Source: the human T2T-CHM13v2.0 reference genome, Homo sapiens. Taken from it: a stretch of 64,000 bases of DNA. The DNA lies in NCBI RefSeq assembly GCF_009914755.1, contig NC_060927.1. One strand, written 5' to 3'. Position numbers and translations under genes: made by a program. Positions 48,810 through 62,410 of the stretch are shown piece by piece. Position 1 is the stretch's first letter. Each line of letters starts with the position of its first letter. The notes below the pieces were generated by a model. It had not been told where the DNA came from. It saw nothing but the letters and a program-made list of their open reading frames with translations, and ran no database searches.

Positions 48810-49203
48810 AGCTGGATAGCTCCCATTTACCCTTTTAGACCTGCTCTACACTCTTTTACATCTCTCTCTGCAACCAGATTCTGGGGGCCTCTGGCTCCCA
48901 GCTGGGTGCAGCATATGGAGTGGTTGTTTTATTCTGGGCCGCCCAGTGCCAACACCAACGCATACAGCAGCCTCTGCAGGGGGCCCTCTTTCAACCCTTC
49001 TCTCACCTGTTTCTCATTAAAGTCCTTCTCTGTTGCCCCATCAGGGCTAGTAATACTAAGTGTCTCACCATTATTGCTAGCCGCAGGGTGATTCCTCTCC
49101 TTGTTAGTTTCTCTAAACACAGCCCACACTTTCGGAAAGAGGCCCTATGGTTCCATCTATCAAGAGGACCATCTGTCTCCTGCTGCAAACTTGACCAATA
49201 CAG
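48810..49203 (+). mobile_element. LTR33-like ERVL LTR fragment
   Basis: Diverged LTR motifs ending ..ccatctgtctcctgctg..gaccaataca. Confidence 0.45.
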
Positions 49204-49290
49204 AACAACATTAAAATCAGAAGAACAATATTAAAATCAGCTGGGCATTGAGGAGTGAATGGGCATGGAGAATTAGGGTAAATTCTGGAA

Positions 49291-49815
49291 CAGGGGTCCC
49301 CAACCCCCTTCGCAGTACTGGTCCATGGCCTGTTAGGAGCCAGGCCATAGAGCAGAAGGTGAGCAGTGGGTGAGTAAGCAAAGCTTCGCCTGTATTTACA
49401 GCCACGCCCCATCACCGGCATTACCACCTGAGCACCTCCTCCTGTCTGATCAGCAGCATTAGATTCTCATAGGAGTGCAAACCCCATTGTGAACTGCGCA
49501 TGCGAGGGATCTAGGTTGCAGGTTCCTTACCATAACCTAATGCTTGATGATCTGTCACTGTCTCCCATCACCCTTTGATAGGACCATCTCTAGTTGCAGG
49601 AAAACAAGCTCAGGGCTCCTACTGACTCTGCATTCTGGTGAGTTGTATAATCATTTCTTTACATATTACAATGTAATAATAATAGAAATAAAGTGCACAA
49701 TAAACGTAATGCGCTTGAATCATCCCGAAATCACCTCCCCACCCCGCCCCTAGTCTGTGGAAAAATTGTCTTCCACAAAACTGGTCTCCGGTGCCAAAAA
49801 GGTTGGGGGCCACTG
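49291..49815 (-). mobile_element. MER1A (hAT-Charlie MITE)
   Basis: Reverse complement of the same family as 31998-32504; TSD ttctggaa/ttttagaa. Confidence 0.9.
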
Positions 49816-50134
49816 TTTTAGAAGACTCATATGGCAGAATTATAGATTACAAGGTTCAATAAATGCCAGGATTGTGGCTGGAAAGGAGGGTAGAAGTCAA
49901 TTCCAGAAGGTGCCTTTCCTGTTGTGCAGTTGACTCAGAACTGGGATGCTAGAAAGTTGCCCTGTGATTTGTGGAGGGAATCCACACTAACCACAGGAAA
50001 TCACCCATGACATTTGCAAGACAGAAGGAAGGAGAAACTGAACTAAGGGGTGGTAGCAGAACTGGACAGGAGGTAGTGCAGAGAAGAATTATTTACATGT
50101 TGAACCAATGGAGTTAAGAACTAAATGCTGGACC

Positions 50135-50427
50135 TCTTTTTTTTTTTTTTTTTGGTGGAGATGGGATCTCACTATGTTGCCCCAGCTAGAGTGCAGTGGT
50201 GCAAACAAGGCTCACTGCAGCCTCAACCTCTTGGGCTCAAGTAATCCTCCTGCCTCAGCCTCCTGAGTAGCTGGGACTACAGGCACATGCCACCATGCCC
50301 AGCTAATTTTTAAAATGTTTATACAGATGAGGTCTCACTATGTTGCCGAGGCTAGTCTCAAACTCCTGAGCTCAAGTGATCCTCCCACCTTGGCCTCCCT
50401 AACTGCTGGGAACCACTGCACCCAGCC
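50135..50427 (-). mobile_element. AluJ-like
   Basis: Antisense dimer. Confidence 0.88.
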
Positions 50428-50576
50428 TACTGGGCATTTTTTAATGCCCAGCCTTAGCAAGGCATCTGCCTCACAGCAGACACTCAATGACTAGCACCTG
50501 GTGAATTTAGTCCAGTCGCGCCTTGATCTCCACCCAGCAGGTTATCAGTATTTGACTATACTAAACATTTCATTTA

Positions 50577-50918
<342 letters not shown>

Positions 50919-51384
50919 TTAATTGCTGAGTTACTTTTACTGTGGAAAAACTACTCATCTGCTTGACATTGCTCTTTCACCAAGGGGCATTCTGTTGTTT
51001 CACCTCTGCAATTTAAAATTTCTAGTGAAATTAAATTCTGTTACTTGTTGTGGCTGTGTACCATCTTAAACTATCATTAATCACAAAGACAGATAATACC
51101 AAGGAATGATTTCAATGCCGCACCTGCAAGTGGCGGAGAACTGCAAGCTGGAATCAGCCTCTGCCGAGGTGCAGGCCCCAAGAGACAGCAGCATCTGTGT
51201 AGAAACCAAACACATGCATTTTTTTCCTCTGTGTTTATAGAATTGTCTTCCGTTTACGGTCATTGATGCTGGATTTCCACGTACACAGGGATATGAAGTT
51301 TCCCATTTTAATAGATTCCCATTTTTAAGTAGAAGTATAGAAAAACTCTAAAAGTTAAATGATGAATAGTAGGTTTGGCAAGGA

Positions 51385-51800
51385 CTGTTCCGTTTACCTA
51401 GTGCTGCACTAAAAAGCCATCCCAAAACAATGGCTTGAAACAATAGCCGAGGTTTATTTTGCTCAGGAATCTGGGGCTGACTGGGCTGCTAGGCAGCTGT
51501 TGCCTGGGGGCATCTCTAAGGTTCCAGTCCATGGAGGCTGCAGTCACACGCGAGTGTCCTCACTCACGCGCCCAGTGTCTGGGCTGGTAAGACTCCAGGC
51601 ACTGGATGCTGGATAGGCTGGGCCTATTGGGTCTCTCTCTCTGAGGCGTCCCCACACAGCAGCTCAGGGCTGCCAGACTCCCAGCATGATGGTTAAAGGC
51701 TCCCAGAACAAGGATCCCAGGAGAACTGGCAGGACCTATGTGGCTTTCTATAAGCAGCCTCAGAAGGCACTCGGCTCTCTCCTGCTGTAATCATTAAGGG
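51385..51800 (-). mobile_element. MLT1-type MaLR LTR
   Basis: MLT1 motifs (cccaaaacaatggcttgaaacaa, ctcactcac..gggctgg). Confidence 0.5.
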
Positions 51801-53610
51801 CTGTGGTTTAAGGTGAGGTTCGTGGCCTCTGTGTCTTGATGGGGAGAGTGTGGAAGAATTGGTGGATATGTTTGAAAGCCACCACCAGGGCAGAAAAAAA
51901 AATACTGAGAGGCTGAACATTAGGGGATATGGGGAAATGCCCCTGCAGGTTTTGAAAGTCTTTCTCACTTGGGGTTTGCCTGACCTCCCTGCAACTCATT
52001 TCCCAGCTCTCTGCATTCTGGAAAGTCATGCCCTTCTACCTCTGGGCCTTTGACTCTGCCTTCCCCCCTGCCAGGCAAGCCATTCCTCCCTCTGGCAAAT
52101 TCATTCTTCAAGATCCAGTTTCATGGTGCTGTCTGCTAAGACAGGGCCCCCACCTCTGCCCTCTTCCTGCTGTGACCACACAGACTAGGCATGTTTTCCA
52201 GACTCTTTCTCCAGAAGGACCGGGCACACAGGAAACCAATGACCACTCACTTCCCCAAGGTCATCTTTCCTCAGAGGCACTGGCAAGACTCACTGTGTAA
52301 GCACAGGTTGATTTCAGCTCACCTGCTGTCATCCGTGCTTGTCCCTGGGGATGCCTTGGCCAAACCTGAAAGAAATGCAGGAACCAGTGATGAATAGTCC
52401 TGTGCTAGTGCCTGAGACAGGCCGGGGGCCTCCTGCAGCCACTTGTCCGCACTGCTCATGTACAGATGCGTGGGTGCACCTGCTTGCTCGTATGTCCGCC
52501 TGGTTTGGCTGCATGACAGCAAGGTATAAAAGATCCTTTCTGGTTTGAAACAGTGGTTCCCTGAGGTCAAGGTATCTCCCATGTGCCTGCTGGCCCCTTT
52601 CTCTCTCCTCCAGTGCTCTCTGCCGCCCCTTAAAAGGGTCCACCACATTTCCCACGAGGATCAAAGCAATTGTGTGGGAGAGAAGAGCTTGCCTCTGAAG
52701 GCAGGCCTTGGAGATGGCCTCTTATTGATGGTCCTCACCCCTTCCTCATGGTCCTGTGCTAACCAGGCCACACAGACCGAGTCCTCACTGCACCAGGCAC
52801 CGCTGCCCCAGCTCCAGGCTGCCACCCTCTGGGCTCCAGCAGCTGGGGGTGCAGAGAGCACCTGGCTCCTCAGGACACAGAGGAAGCACCTCAATGCTCC
52901 CCTGGGCAGCTCAGCCATGCAGGTCCTTTCAAGCTATCAGAGCAGGGAAAGATGTCACTGTCCCCAGAGGAGACAGTGGGCAGGGTGCATCTGTCCCAGC
53001 CATCAGCAACCTCCACCCAAAGGCACCCCATGCACTCCAGTTAGCTCTGTCTTCACATGCCCTGGCATGAGCTGCAGCACTGCTCTGAGCTCCGGGAGCC
53101 AAGGAAGACAGCCAAATCCCCTGGGGCACTAGGTCACATGGCCCTGCAGCTCGGTCCCCGTTGCCCAAGCTCTGACTTCCCACTCCTGTTCCCTGCCCTC
53201 CAGGAAAAGCCACATGTTATACTCACCCTCACCTGCACCTCCCTTCACCCCTGGGTCTGGAATTGCTGGTGGGTTCAGGGATGAAGGATTTCCTACTGAG
53301 CAGACCTTGGGTGTGGACTTGAAGCTTCAAACCCTCCTTGCTCACTTCTCGGCTTAGTGCTGGGGCAAACAACCTGAAAACCGATCTGAGTCTCCAGGAG
53401 TGCTGCCCTCCCCCACTCCACCCCCAACACAGAGGGGCCCAGTGGGTCTTATTTCCATTGGAAATTTCACTGCTGGGTGGTTTAGAGTCCTTGTCATTCT
53501 CTTCCCTGTCCTAGCTCATGGATGTGTGTTACTGTTTCAGTTCGGAGCAGGGTCCTTAAAGGGGCAGGGTCATGGCTCCCCAGCCTCAGGGGTGTCATCA
53601 ATAATGTTCT

Positions 53611-53914
<304 letters not shown>

Positions 53915-54974
53915 TTATTCAAGCCCTGTCCTGGAGTCAAACTGAACTCTTCCCTCTAACTCCCCAACTAGCGCCACACTGAGGAGCAACAGCTGCCTTG
54001 AATCCCCCGCTGTTCCATTCACTAAACTAGATTAGATGGGGAGGGGGAGGGCATAGAAGGTGCTGGGGAGCTGCAGCCTCATTGTTGTGATTCATTCACT
54101 TAATGGATCTTGTGCAGAGCACAGTTCAAGGCCCTGGGGATGAAGTAGTGACCAAGACAGAGGAGGCCTCTCCCTGCCCTCCCCAGGCACCCAGTCCAGC
54201 AAGGAGTGGGGGATTTAGCCAGGAGAGGGTGTCAGTGAGGACAAAACGTGCTCAATGACAGGATACAGGGAGAGGGCAGAGGCGGCAAACCGCGGGTCAG
54301 GGAAGCCTCTCGTGGGAAGCACTGTTTAGCCTGGAACCTGAAGGACAAGAATGAGACTGCTCCAGGGAGAGTGAGGGCCAGGAGGAGGACACCAGTGCAG
54401 GGCCATGAGGTGGGAGAGGCTCAGGGGGCTCCAGGAGCATCAAGACAGGTGGCAAGAGTGACGAGAGCACAGAGAGGAAAGGGGGTAGGAGTCATGAGGG
54501 GCTGGCAGAGGGATTCCAGGGCGACCCCAGGGACCGGGCCTGTGAGTCAAGAGAAAGAGGCTGGATTGATTCTAGGCACTGGGAAGCCATGGAGGGATGT
54601 CAGCAGGGTTGATTTCACGAAGCTGCCTCTGGCTGCAGTGTTGGCACCTGGCTGGGATGGGGGCGGGAGAGGCAGCAGGAAGACCAGGGAGGAGGCTGGG
54701 GCAGGAGGTGTCCAGCTGGGAGGGGACCAGGGCCTGGAGAAGGGTGTGCATGGGCACGGAGAGAAGCAGATGTGCCCAAGACCCATGTTGCCTTCGGGCT
54801 GACAGAGGTGCTGATGGAACAGAGGTGCGGACGAGGAGGGAGGAATCCCAGATCAGAGTGCTCAGCACTGAGGGGTGCACTCTCAATCAGGGCCTGACCA
54901 GGGATGAAGGGAAGCTCTGAAGATGGGTGAGGGAGGGTGTCAGATCTCCATTAGGAAACGGAGTGGAGAATGGT

Positions 54975-57900
54975 CTGTGACTCTGCACGACTCCCTGGGA
55001 ATCTTGCGCGTATCCACGCAGGCCACATAAGCAAGGCTCAGCTGCGGTCCAACCTGTGTCTCGGCTGAATGCCCTACAATTCCTCCTGCAGCCAGGGGAG
55101 CTAAGACTTGGGAGAAGCCACTGAGAGGTCTTTCTCAGCTGCAGGCTACAAAATTGTTTGGCTGTAATATGGAGGCAGCTCCTAAATGGCTGAGTGACCC
55201 TCTGCTCACACTGTCATCCGATCCCTCCGGGTCAGAGTCAGACTGTGGGATGAGGGACAAGGGAGCTGACCTCCTGCCCATTTTGCTTCTGCTGTTCTTG
55301 TAAATAATAAACTGTCTAAATCCACGTGGGCTCATTGTCTCATCCCTGGCTGGATGCATGGAAGTGCGCCAAATCCACCAGCAGCTGCAGTCATGTAGCC
55401 ACCCACGCTGTCGCTTGGAAATTGCTTCACAGTTTGATAAATTGGTCCCAAACGTGGGGCCAGTAAGGGTACAATGCCTTTCTGGAGAGAAGACAGAAGA
55501 GGCCCACGTGGCCGACCAAATGAAGAGATGTGGAAGACCCCAGGATCGCCCAGGCATGCTGTCACCCAGGGAGGGTGAGAGGAGGGGAACAGGGTACCCC
55601 TCTGTCCTACCTCCTGAGGAATGTTTGCAGGCTGAGTAGCAAGAGGAAGAATTGAAACCAGCCAACCAAATGCTGCCCCTCCTGATGTCCAGAGAGTTCT
55701 TGGGCTCAGGGAGATGTAAAAATGAAAACAAAAACAAAACCAGACAGGATGAAATAGAGGAGGAGGCTGGGTCGGGGGCCTGGAAGGAGAGAGCAGCTCT
55801 GCACATCAGCCGATGCTGTGACTCCTGACTGCAAGGTCTGCTCCCACAGGGGAAGGGCCACAGTTAGGACAGTGGCCGGTGGGACAAGCACACACCTGGG
55901 AGCCCACCAGGCTTCACCTGCCCAGCCACTTGATGGCAGTAAAGCAGCATAGAATAGAAGAGGGCAGAGGCCACAGCACTAAAGAGCTGTAGAGGAAGAG
56001 GTGCGTAAGGAAACCATCCAGCAGCTGTGCGGACTGCCCTCCCCAGCCAATTAGTCCTGAAGAGCCTTGAAAATTATGAGTGTGCGTGGCGGACAATTAC
56101 TCAGCCTGGAGCCAGTTGCAGCAGGATGCTGGCAGTCAACAAAGGTGACCCCTGGTGTTCTGAGTACAGCAGTGACTTGACAGACAGGGCCCAGCACACC
56201 CCCTCGAGTGGTAATTACTGGCTTGCAGCTGGGTGTAGGTAGACACTGAGGGTAGAGCTCCCCATGCATGGTTCCTCCCAGGCAGCCCCTTATAGGGTGG
56301 GTCTGGAGGAAAGACACCAACACAGTGGACACTGCCCAGCAAATGTCTGTCATCAAATGACAGGGGGACAGCCAAGAAAGGAGGAAGCCAGGCATCAATG
56401 GAATCTCCCATCAGCCTGAAAAAGTGGCAATCACCCGCCAGGGGCAGCTACCCCAGACCTGGGGTCTGCACCAGCACCTCAGGCTCCTTGTGAACTTCAC
56501 CACAGCGCAGTCCCTGAGGAGGCCTGGGCCTGATTCACAGACAGATCAGCCAAGCTACAGGACCCACAGAAAACACTGATGAAAGCTGCATATGAAGAAA
56601 GAAGTCTGGCCAGGGGCAGTGGTGCAGGCTATGGTTCTTGCCCTGGAAACAGCCCCCACCAAAGTTCACAGCCAGTGGGCTGACCATGTGGTCTGGCACT
56701 TGACAATGGAACAACTGGATGTCAAGTCCCAACCCTGGTTGGGACAAACATTAGGCTTCAGATTGCACAGGGCCCAGGGCCTCTGAAAACCCAGTGAAAA
56801 GGACCCCTTGGCAGTGAACGTCAGTGAAACCAATAAGCTGACCAATTCTGCATAGCCCAGGTAAGCATCAGAGCCACCTGGATACACCATCACACGAGGC
56901 CTGGCCATCTGTCTATAGCTCAGGACTGGGGCCCACGTCAAAGCCTAGTGAGGCCAGCACATGAGGCCAAGCAAGCCTGCAAGTGTACCAGCTCCACAGT
57001 CAAGGGACAAAGTGACTCCAGTGCACACAGCGACCTGTGCACTCCAGTACACTGACCTGGCCAGTCCTGGAAAACAGACTCCACGGACCCCTTCCCCTTC
57101 TGCCAGGAGCACCACTGGGTGCTGACGACAGTAGATGCCATTCTTGGGTATGACACAGCAATTCCCATCTGCGGGGAACGTGGGAAGTGCTGCTTGACAA
57201 GTCCTAAATGTACTGCTGCATATCTGAACTCCTGGAGCACATCCAGTCGGACAATGATGCCGCCCTCATAGCCAAGAGAACCAGCAATAGGCAGCTATCT
57301 GGGGGCTGCTGTGTGGGACATTTCATGTCGCCTACCACCCACAGACAGCAGGTGACTTAAAAGATGAACTAAAAAAAAAAAAAACTGAAAAGATAAGTGG
57401 ACTCTAATTGTGGCAATTCTCCAGGAAGGTACCATTCATTTAAATAAAATATTTAGTTATGAGGTAGGGAGGGGGAATAAGAAAAGACCCACACTGGCTG
57501 TGAGAGACCCTGCTGCATAATTCATCCTCCTCACTCTTCTCTGCCCACCTCCATCCCTGCATGGAGGAACCTGGGCTACTGACCCGTGGGCTGCAAGGTG
57601 GGAGTTGGTGTGGGAGATGCTAATCCGGTCACTCTTACCTCCTGGCTCTGCGTGCGAGCGCTGGGCAGTTGTGGATATTGATGATAATGATCATGATCAT
57701 TATCTCAGGCGTGATCACTCCTAAGAGTGACGCTGGCGCAGCCCGCACGTCTGGGGTGATACATAGTAATCACCTCCAGAAGAACACTGTGGGTTAGGAA
57801 TAGTGAGGATTTCAAAAAGCGGAGCAGCTCTGCTGGAGGAGAAGGAACACCCTAGGCTCCCGGAGGCATAGAGAGGCCAGACCATTAGCGTCTTTTGGCT

Positions 57901-58600
57901 CTCGCCTGCAGGACACCTGGCCCACCTGTCGTCTCAGAATGCTGTGGTCACCTTGTCCCAGACCATTACCACTGCCCTCAGTCTAACTCCTGGACACCCA
58001 TTCTCTCAAGAGAGCCTCAACTGAGGACTGTTGACTTTGGAGGCAAGACAGCCCCCGCCAAAGCAATGAAACATGATTAATTTTCCAGACACTGATGAGG
58101 CCTCCCTTGGCCTCATCTTATTATCGCTGGTACCCTACTGCCAAAACAAACGAACAAACAAACCAAACACTCTCTTGTGTGCTTTTCACAGATCATAGCT
58201 ACTGCTCTGAATTTAATGAGCCACTGGACCTATCATCCTCCACCTGACCCTGATGACTAGACCGCACTCCCTCATTTCCACCTCCTCCCAAATACTTTTG
58301 GACATGAGGGGCCAGGCCTCAGCCAGGGGGCATATGAGAAGATCACTTTGGGAGAAACTTGCCTGTCTTGAGGGCAAGGAACAGGGACAGGTGGCCAAAC
58401 ACCTGGGCTCCAGCTCTGCACCTGGTAGTGCTGGAGTCGTGCAGTCACCCAGCTGGCACCTGGGCTCTGGTATGAGGCCGTGTGGGTCCAGTCCATCATA
58501 GCTACTCAGCCCCCTGTTTATTGGGGACAGAGTGTGTGTTTCTGCTTGCTCCTGAGGGCCTAGGTTTCCTGGGTTGTGACTCCTGGGGCTTTGGTCATGA
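54975..58600 (+). mobile_element. Degenerate class III (ERVL-related; MER74/LTR53/MER54-group LTR) provirus remnant
   Basis: LTR with AATAAA at 55306-55311 ends ..cttcacagtttgata. PBS-like TGGTCCCAAACGTGGGGC at 55443-55460. Integrase relic PGQSWKTDSTDPFP..WVLTTVDAILGY and HIQSDND at ~57056-57258. The 3' boundary is uncertain. Confidence 0.7.
58023..58075 (+). repeat. 53-bp perfect dispersed duplication, copy 1
   Basis: Identical to 60060-60112. Confidence 0.95.
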
Positions 58601-58908
58601 GGAAGTTGAGATAAAGCCCATAAAGTGCTTAGCCCGCACGTGGGTCCTCTTCAGTGCATCCAGAGCCCAAGCGGCATCTCTTGCCTGCCCTTCACAGCAA
58701 AGGGTGCTCCTCATGGCAGAACAGGGTGTCTGGGCAGCTCCTTTGCTTACAGACAACAAACAGGACCCAGTTAGGAAAAGGACTTGGCCAAGGTCCCAGA
58801 GAGACCAAGACCTGGCAGCCTGGACCCCATCCCAGGTTCTCGCCCGCAGCAAGAGTAAACACCAGAGTACGTGTCTGTACAACCCTTGACAAAGCCAACC
58901 AGAAAAGC

Positions 58909-59050
58909 CCTGACCCGATCTGAGCTTGACCTTGACCCTCATTCTCACTCCAGTCCCTAAATCTAACTTGACACTGACCCTGACTTCAACCCTAATCCCT
59001 AATTGTATCCCTCACACTGACTTTAACCCAGACCCTCGCCTTATCCTTTC
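58909..59050 (+). repeat. Degenerate (CCCTRA)-like hexamer repeat
   Basis: Units such as ccctga, ccttga, ccctaa, tctaa and ccctca. Confidence 0.55.
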
Positions 59051-60059
59051 CCAGGTGCCCATAAGAGGGCAGCCCCTGTCCCCTGCTGGGCCCCAGTGGT
59101 CAGCCGTCCCTCTGGGAGAGTGACAGCTGAGGTCCTGGGGCCCTCCTTAGGGCCCTACTAGTGAGCATCTGCTTCACTCACACAGTGACACTAAGCACCT
59201 CTCCAGCAGCCCCTGGTCACCCCTCTGGCCTCAGCATCCCTCCAGCCTTCTCTGGAGCTGCAGTAGGCAAGGGGCATGCACAGTGGGCACCCTGCTCACG
59301 CACTGGCTCCAGCATCCTCGGGGGTGGTGTGAATGAACAGAGGCTTGGTCAGCACTCGGGTCCCTCAGATGCCTGCCAGCTCCCACTGTGGGGCAGCTGT
59401 TCCAGACCATACTCCAGACAGGGAACAGGGCTGCCATCCAGGAGGCCCCTGGGGAGGCTCGCTGACAAAGAAGTCAGCAGTCTCTTCAGAGGACTTCATG
59501 GGGCCATGCTGTGCCCTGGTCCCTTTCAGGACGCCCTCTCCATCCACCACTACCTCTGGGTCACTGGCTATAGCCTGGCCACGCCACTCTGTGGCTTTCC
59601 TGCAGCTGGAGCTCCAACCAAGCAGTAGGGCAGTGCCTGGAGGTGTCCTGCCACACTGGCATCATAGCTGCCTGGTGTGGGCACACGGCCCCAGGAGGGC
59701 CAGGCCTGAGCCTCTGGTGCCGTGTGTGACTATGGAGCAAGGCACAGAGGGTGTCCATCTTTTCTTCCCCTTCTCCTGAGGCATCAGCATCAACTTGCTG
59801 TCTACTCCTGGCCTGTGTTTGCCCGGGGCTCCATTTCCCTGGGGCCCGTCCATCCTGGACACACCAGAGGGGTTGTTTGCACGGATGCTTCTCCAGCCAG
59901 TCTGAGATGCTGACCTACTCTGGGGGTCAGGCCCTTCAGAGTCCAACCCCTCCCGTGTCAACCTGTATTCTGTCCTCGTCCCCAACTGCTGTGGAGCACA
60001 GGCCCCTGGCGAGGCGGCCTGCACTGTGCCCGGGGAAAGGATGGGAAGAAGACACCACA

Positions 60060-60112
60060 GAGGACTGTTGACTTTGGAGGCAAGACAGCCCCCGCCAAAG
60101 CAATGAAACATG
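60060..60112 (+). repeat. 53-bp perfect dispersed duplication, copy 2
   Basis: Identical to 58023-58075. Confidence 0.95.
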
Positions 60113-61117
60113 GGCCCGGGTCTGGAAAGGGGCTGTGAAGAGAGAAGCCTTCTTCCTAGGGGAACAGGGGCTTCATATGACCTAGGCCTGCAAGGATGGA
60201 TCTGCCTAGGACCTAGTGGGACTGGAGGAGGGCATTTCTGCAAGAAAAGAGATGAGTGAGAGGGGCAGGAGCAGGAGGGCAGGGCAGAACAGGGTGGCAG
60301 ATGGAGTTGACTGGTGAAGGGAGTAGTGGGCCTGGGGGAAGCAGGACTAGAGGTTGTATGATTGACTGCATGCAGGCCCGGGTGCAGTTGTGGGTGGGGC
60401 GGTTGTCCAGGGCCAGGGCTGCCGTCTAGGATAAGCAGGTGGTCCGGCTGTGCAACCTGGACACATCTGCTCACTGAAAAGGCCTTTGGCCCCTTGGGTA
60501 TCTGTCATTCTCAGCCCCACATCCTGGCCCCCGAGGGCAAGGCCAATGTGTTTGAGTCCCACTGTAGCCTGGGACTCAGCCCTTACAGGAGAGGAAACTG
60601 CCTGAGTCCGTGAATGGGCCGTGTCTCCCTGTGCCTCTCTCCACTCTGTCCCAGGTGATTGTGAAGTGCCATTTGGGATTATTAGGAAGAATCTTAGCAC
60701 TTCCTCAAGATCACCGCTGAAGAGAGAATCCTCATCCCGGGAAAGAGGTGGGAACTAGAATGGTGGAGGGACTGGAGCTGGGCCCTGCCAGGCTGCTCTG
60801 AACATCAGTGAGATCACTGAGGTGCTAGGGTCCCTGCTGGCCAACCCTGCCATCCAGAGACTGGGCACCAGCAGGCTCTCTGGGCAGCCAGGGGCTCCTG
60901 CAGCAGCTGGGAGAGGTCACCCTGGAATGTGGACTGGGTGGGTCTTCTGTGCATGAAGCACTCACTGCAGTGGTCAGGCTCATCTACAGGAAGGACTCCT
61001 GCCTGCCTGCCTGCTCTGTGGGTTTCGTTGTAAGGGTCTGATATAGCTCTGTCTGCCCTTGGACTCTTCCAGGACCCTTTTAAAACACTGCAGCCCCCTA
61101 GGCTCTGTCCAGATGCT

Positions 61118-61426
61118 CTTTTTTATTTATTTTATTTTTATTTTTATTTTTATTTTTGAGGCAGGGTTTCATTTTGTCACCCAGGATTGAGTGCAGAGGT
61201 GCGATCTCCGCTCACTGCAACCTCGACCCTCCAGGCTCAGGGATCTTCCCACCTCAGCCTCCCGAGTAGCTGGGACCACAGGCACACACCAACACACCCA
61301 GCTAATTATTTTATTTTATATTTGTAGAGACAGGGTCTCACTATGTTGCCCAGGCTGGTCTTGAACTCTCAGTTTCCAGCAGCCTTCCTGCCTCAGCCTC
61401 CCAAAGTGAGCCACTGTGCCCAGCCA
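61118..61426 (-). mobile_element. AluJ-like, sense to ALS2CL
   Basis: Antisense on +; the (TTTTA)n tail gives multiple AATAAA on the - strand. Confidence 0.88.
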
Positions 61427-62404
61427 GAGGCTCCAGTTCCACTGGTGTTGGGTGAGGCCTAGTGAGAGGGTGGGCAGAGGGCCTTGTTGAATCTGAACTG
61501 CAGCAAGGGCTCGCAGATCTCAAAGGAGGCAGGGAAGTGTGCTGGGGTCCCGTCAGCATCGCATGAACTCAGGGATGGCTGCATTTGAGGCCAGGGTCAG
61601 GCTGTCCTCACTTATCAGGGGACAAGAGCTGGCTGATGCCGATTGGAAAGGATAGAATCCTAGTGAGCTGCCCCAGTCCCGGTAAGCATGAGTGCCTGCA
61701 TATCCTCGCTCTTCCTCAGTTCCACCCCCTTCCTGGGGGTGTCACAGGCTCCTGGCAGAACCAGAGCCCATGCCCTGCATTTGGGCTGGCACATTTAGTG
61801 GAACCAGCCAGAGAAATGCTGTCCCTCCTTCCTGGGGAAGTGGTGGCAAACAGAGGCGCCAAGGCTCTCTCTGCCCACTGCCCACATCATCTCTGGGACT
61901 CTGCGGGTGCCCTCTGCCCCAAGGCTACTGCCAGGGACTCAGGTGTGGCTGGGCTTTCCAGAGCCTCCCTCAACCCTCCCCTCACAGGCTGAAGTCAGTA
62001 CTTCGTTTGGGGGAGCCACACCCAGAGCCAGGAGCCTGACTTGCTCAGGGCCTAGGGAATGGGACCAAGAGTGATCCAGCTTCTTCTCCAGAGCTGCACC
62101 CTGCACAAATCCACCCTCTCCCTATGCTTTGCCCTGGACACTTTCAGAACACATCACACTGCCTGTCATCATGCATCTCCTGCTAGGGCAGAGGGAGACC
62201 GTGCACGTCACCCGGCACAATGTGACGGAAGATAAACTGTGTGGGGAAGAGAAACTGAGGCCCAACAGGAATAAAGCTGCCCCAAGACCCAGCTCCTGCC
62301 TCTCTTGGTCCCACACTAGAACCACTGTTTAAATAAAGTCCTCCCCTCCCAAAGGTACTCCTGCTCCCCAACTACAGCAGGGTCCTGGGTCCTGGGTCTG
62401 AGGG

Positions 62405-62410
62405 TTTATT
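62405..62410 (-). terminator. Candidate ALS2CL poly(A) signal
   Basis: tttatt on + reads AATAAA on -, ~680 nt downstream of the stop codon. Confidence 0.6.

Noticed and set aside
59662-60474. Longest ORF in the track (270 aa, - strand)
   Set aside because: Pro/Ser/Gly-rich translation of GC-rich intergenic DNA with no recognisable domain. It also spans the 53-bp insertion.
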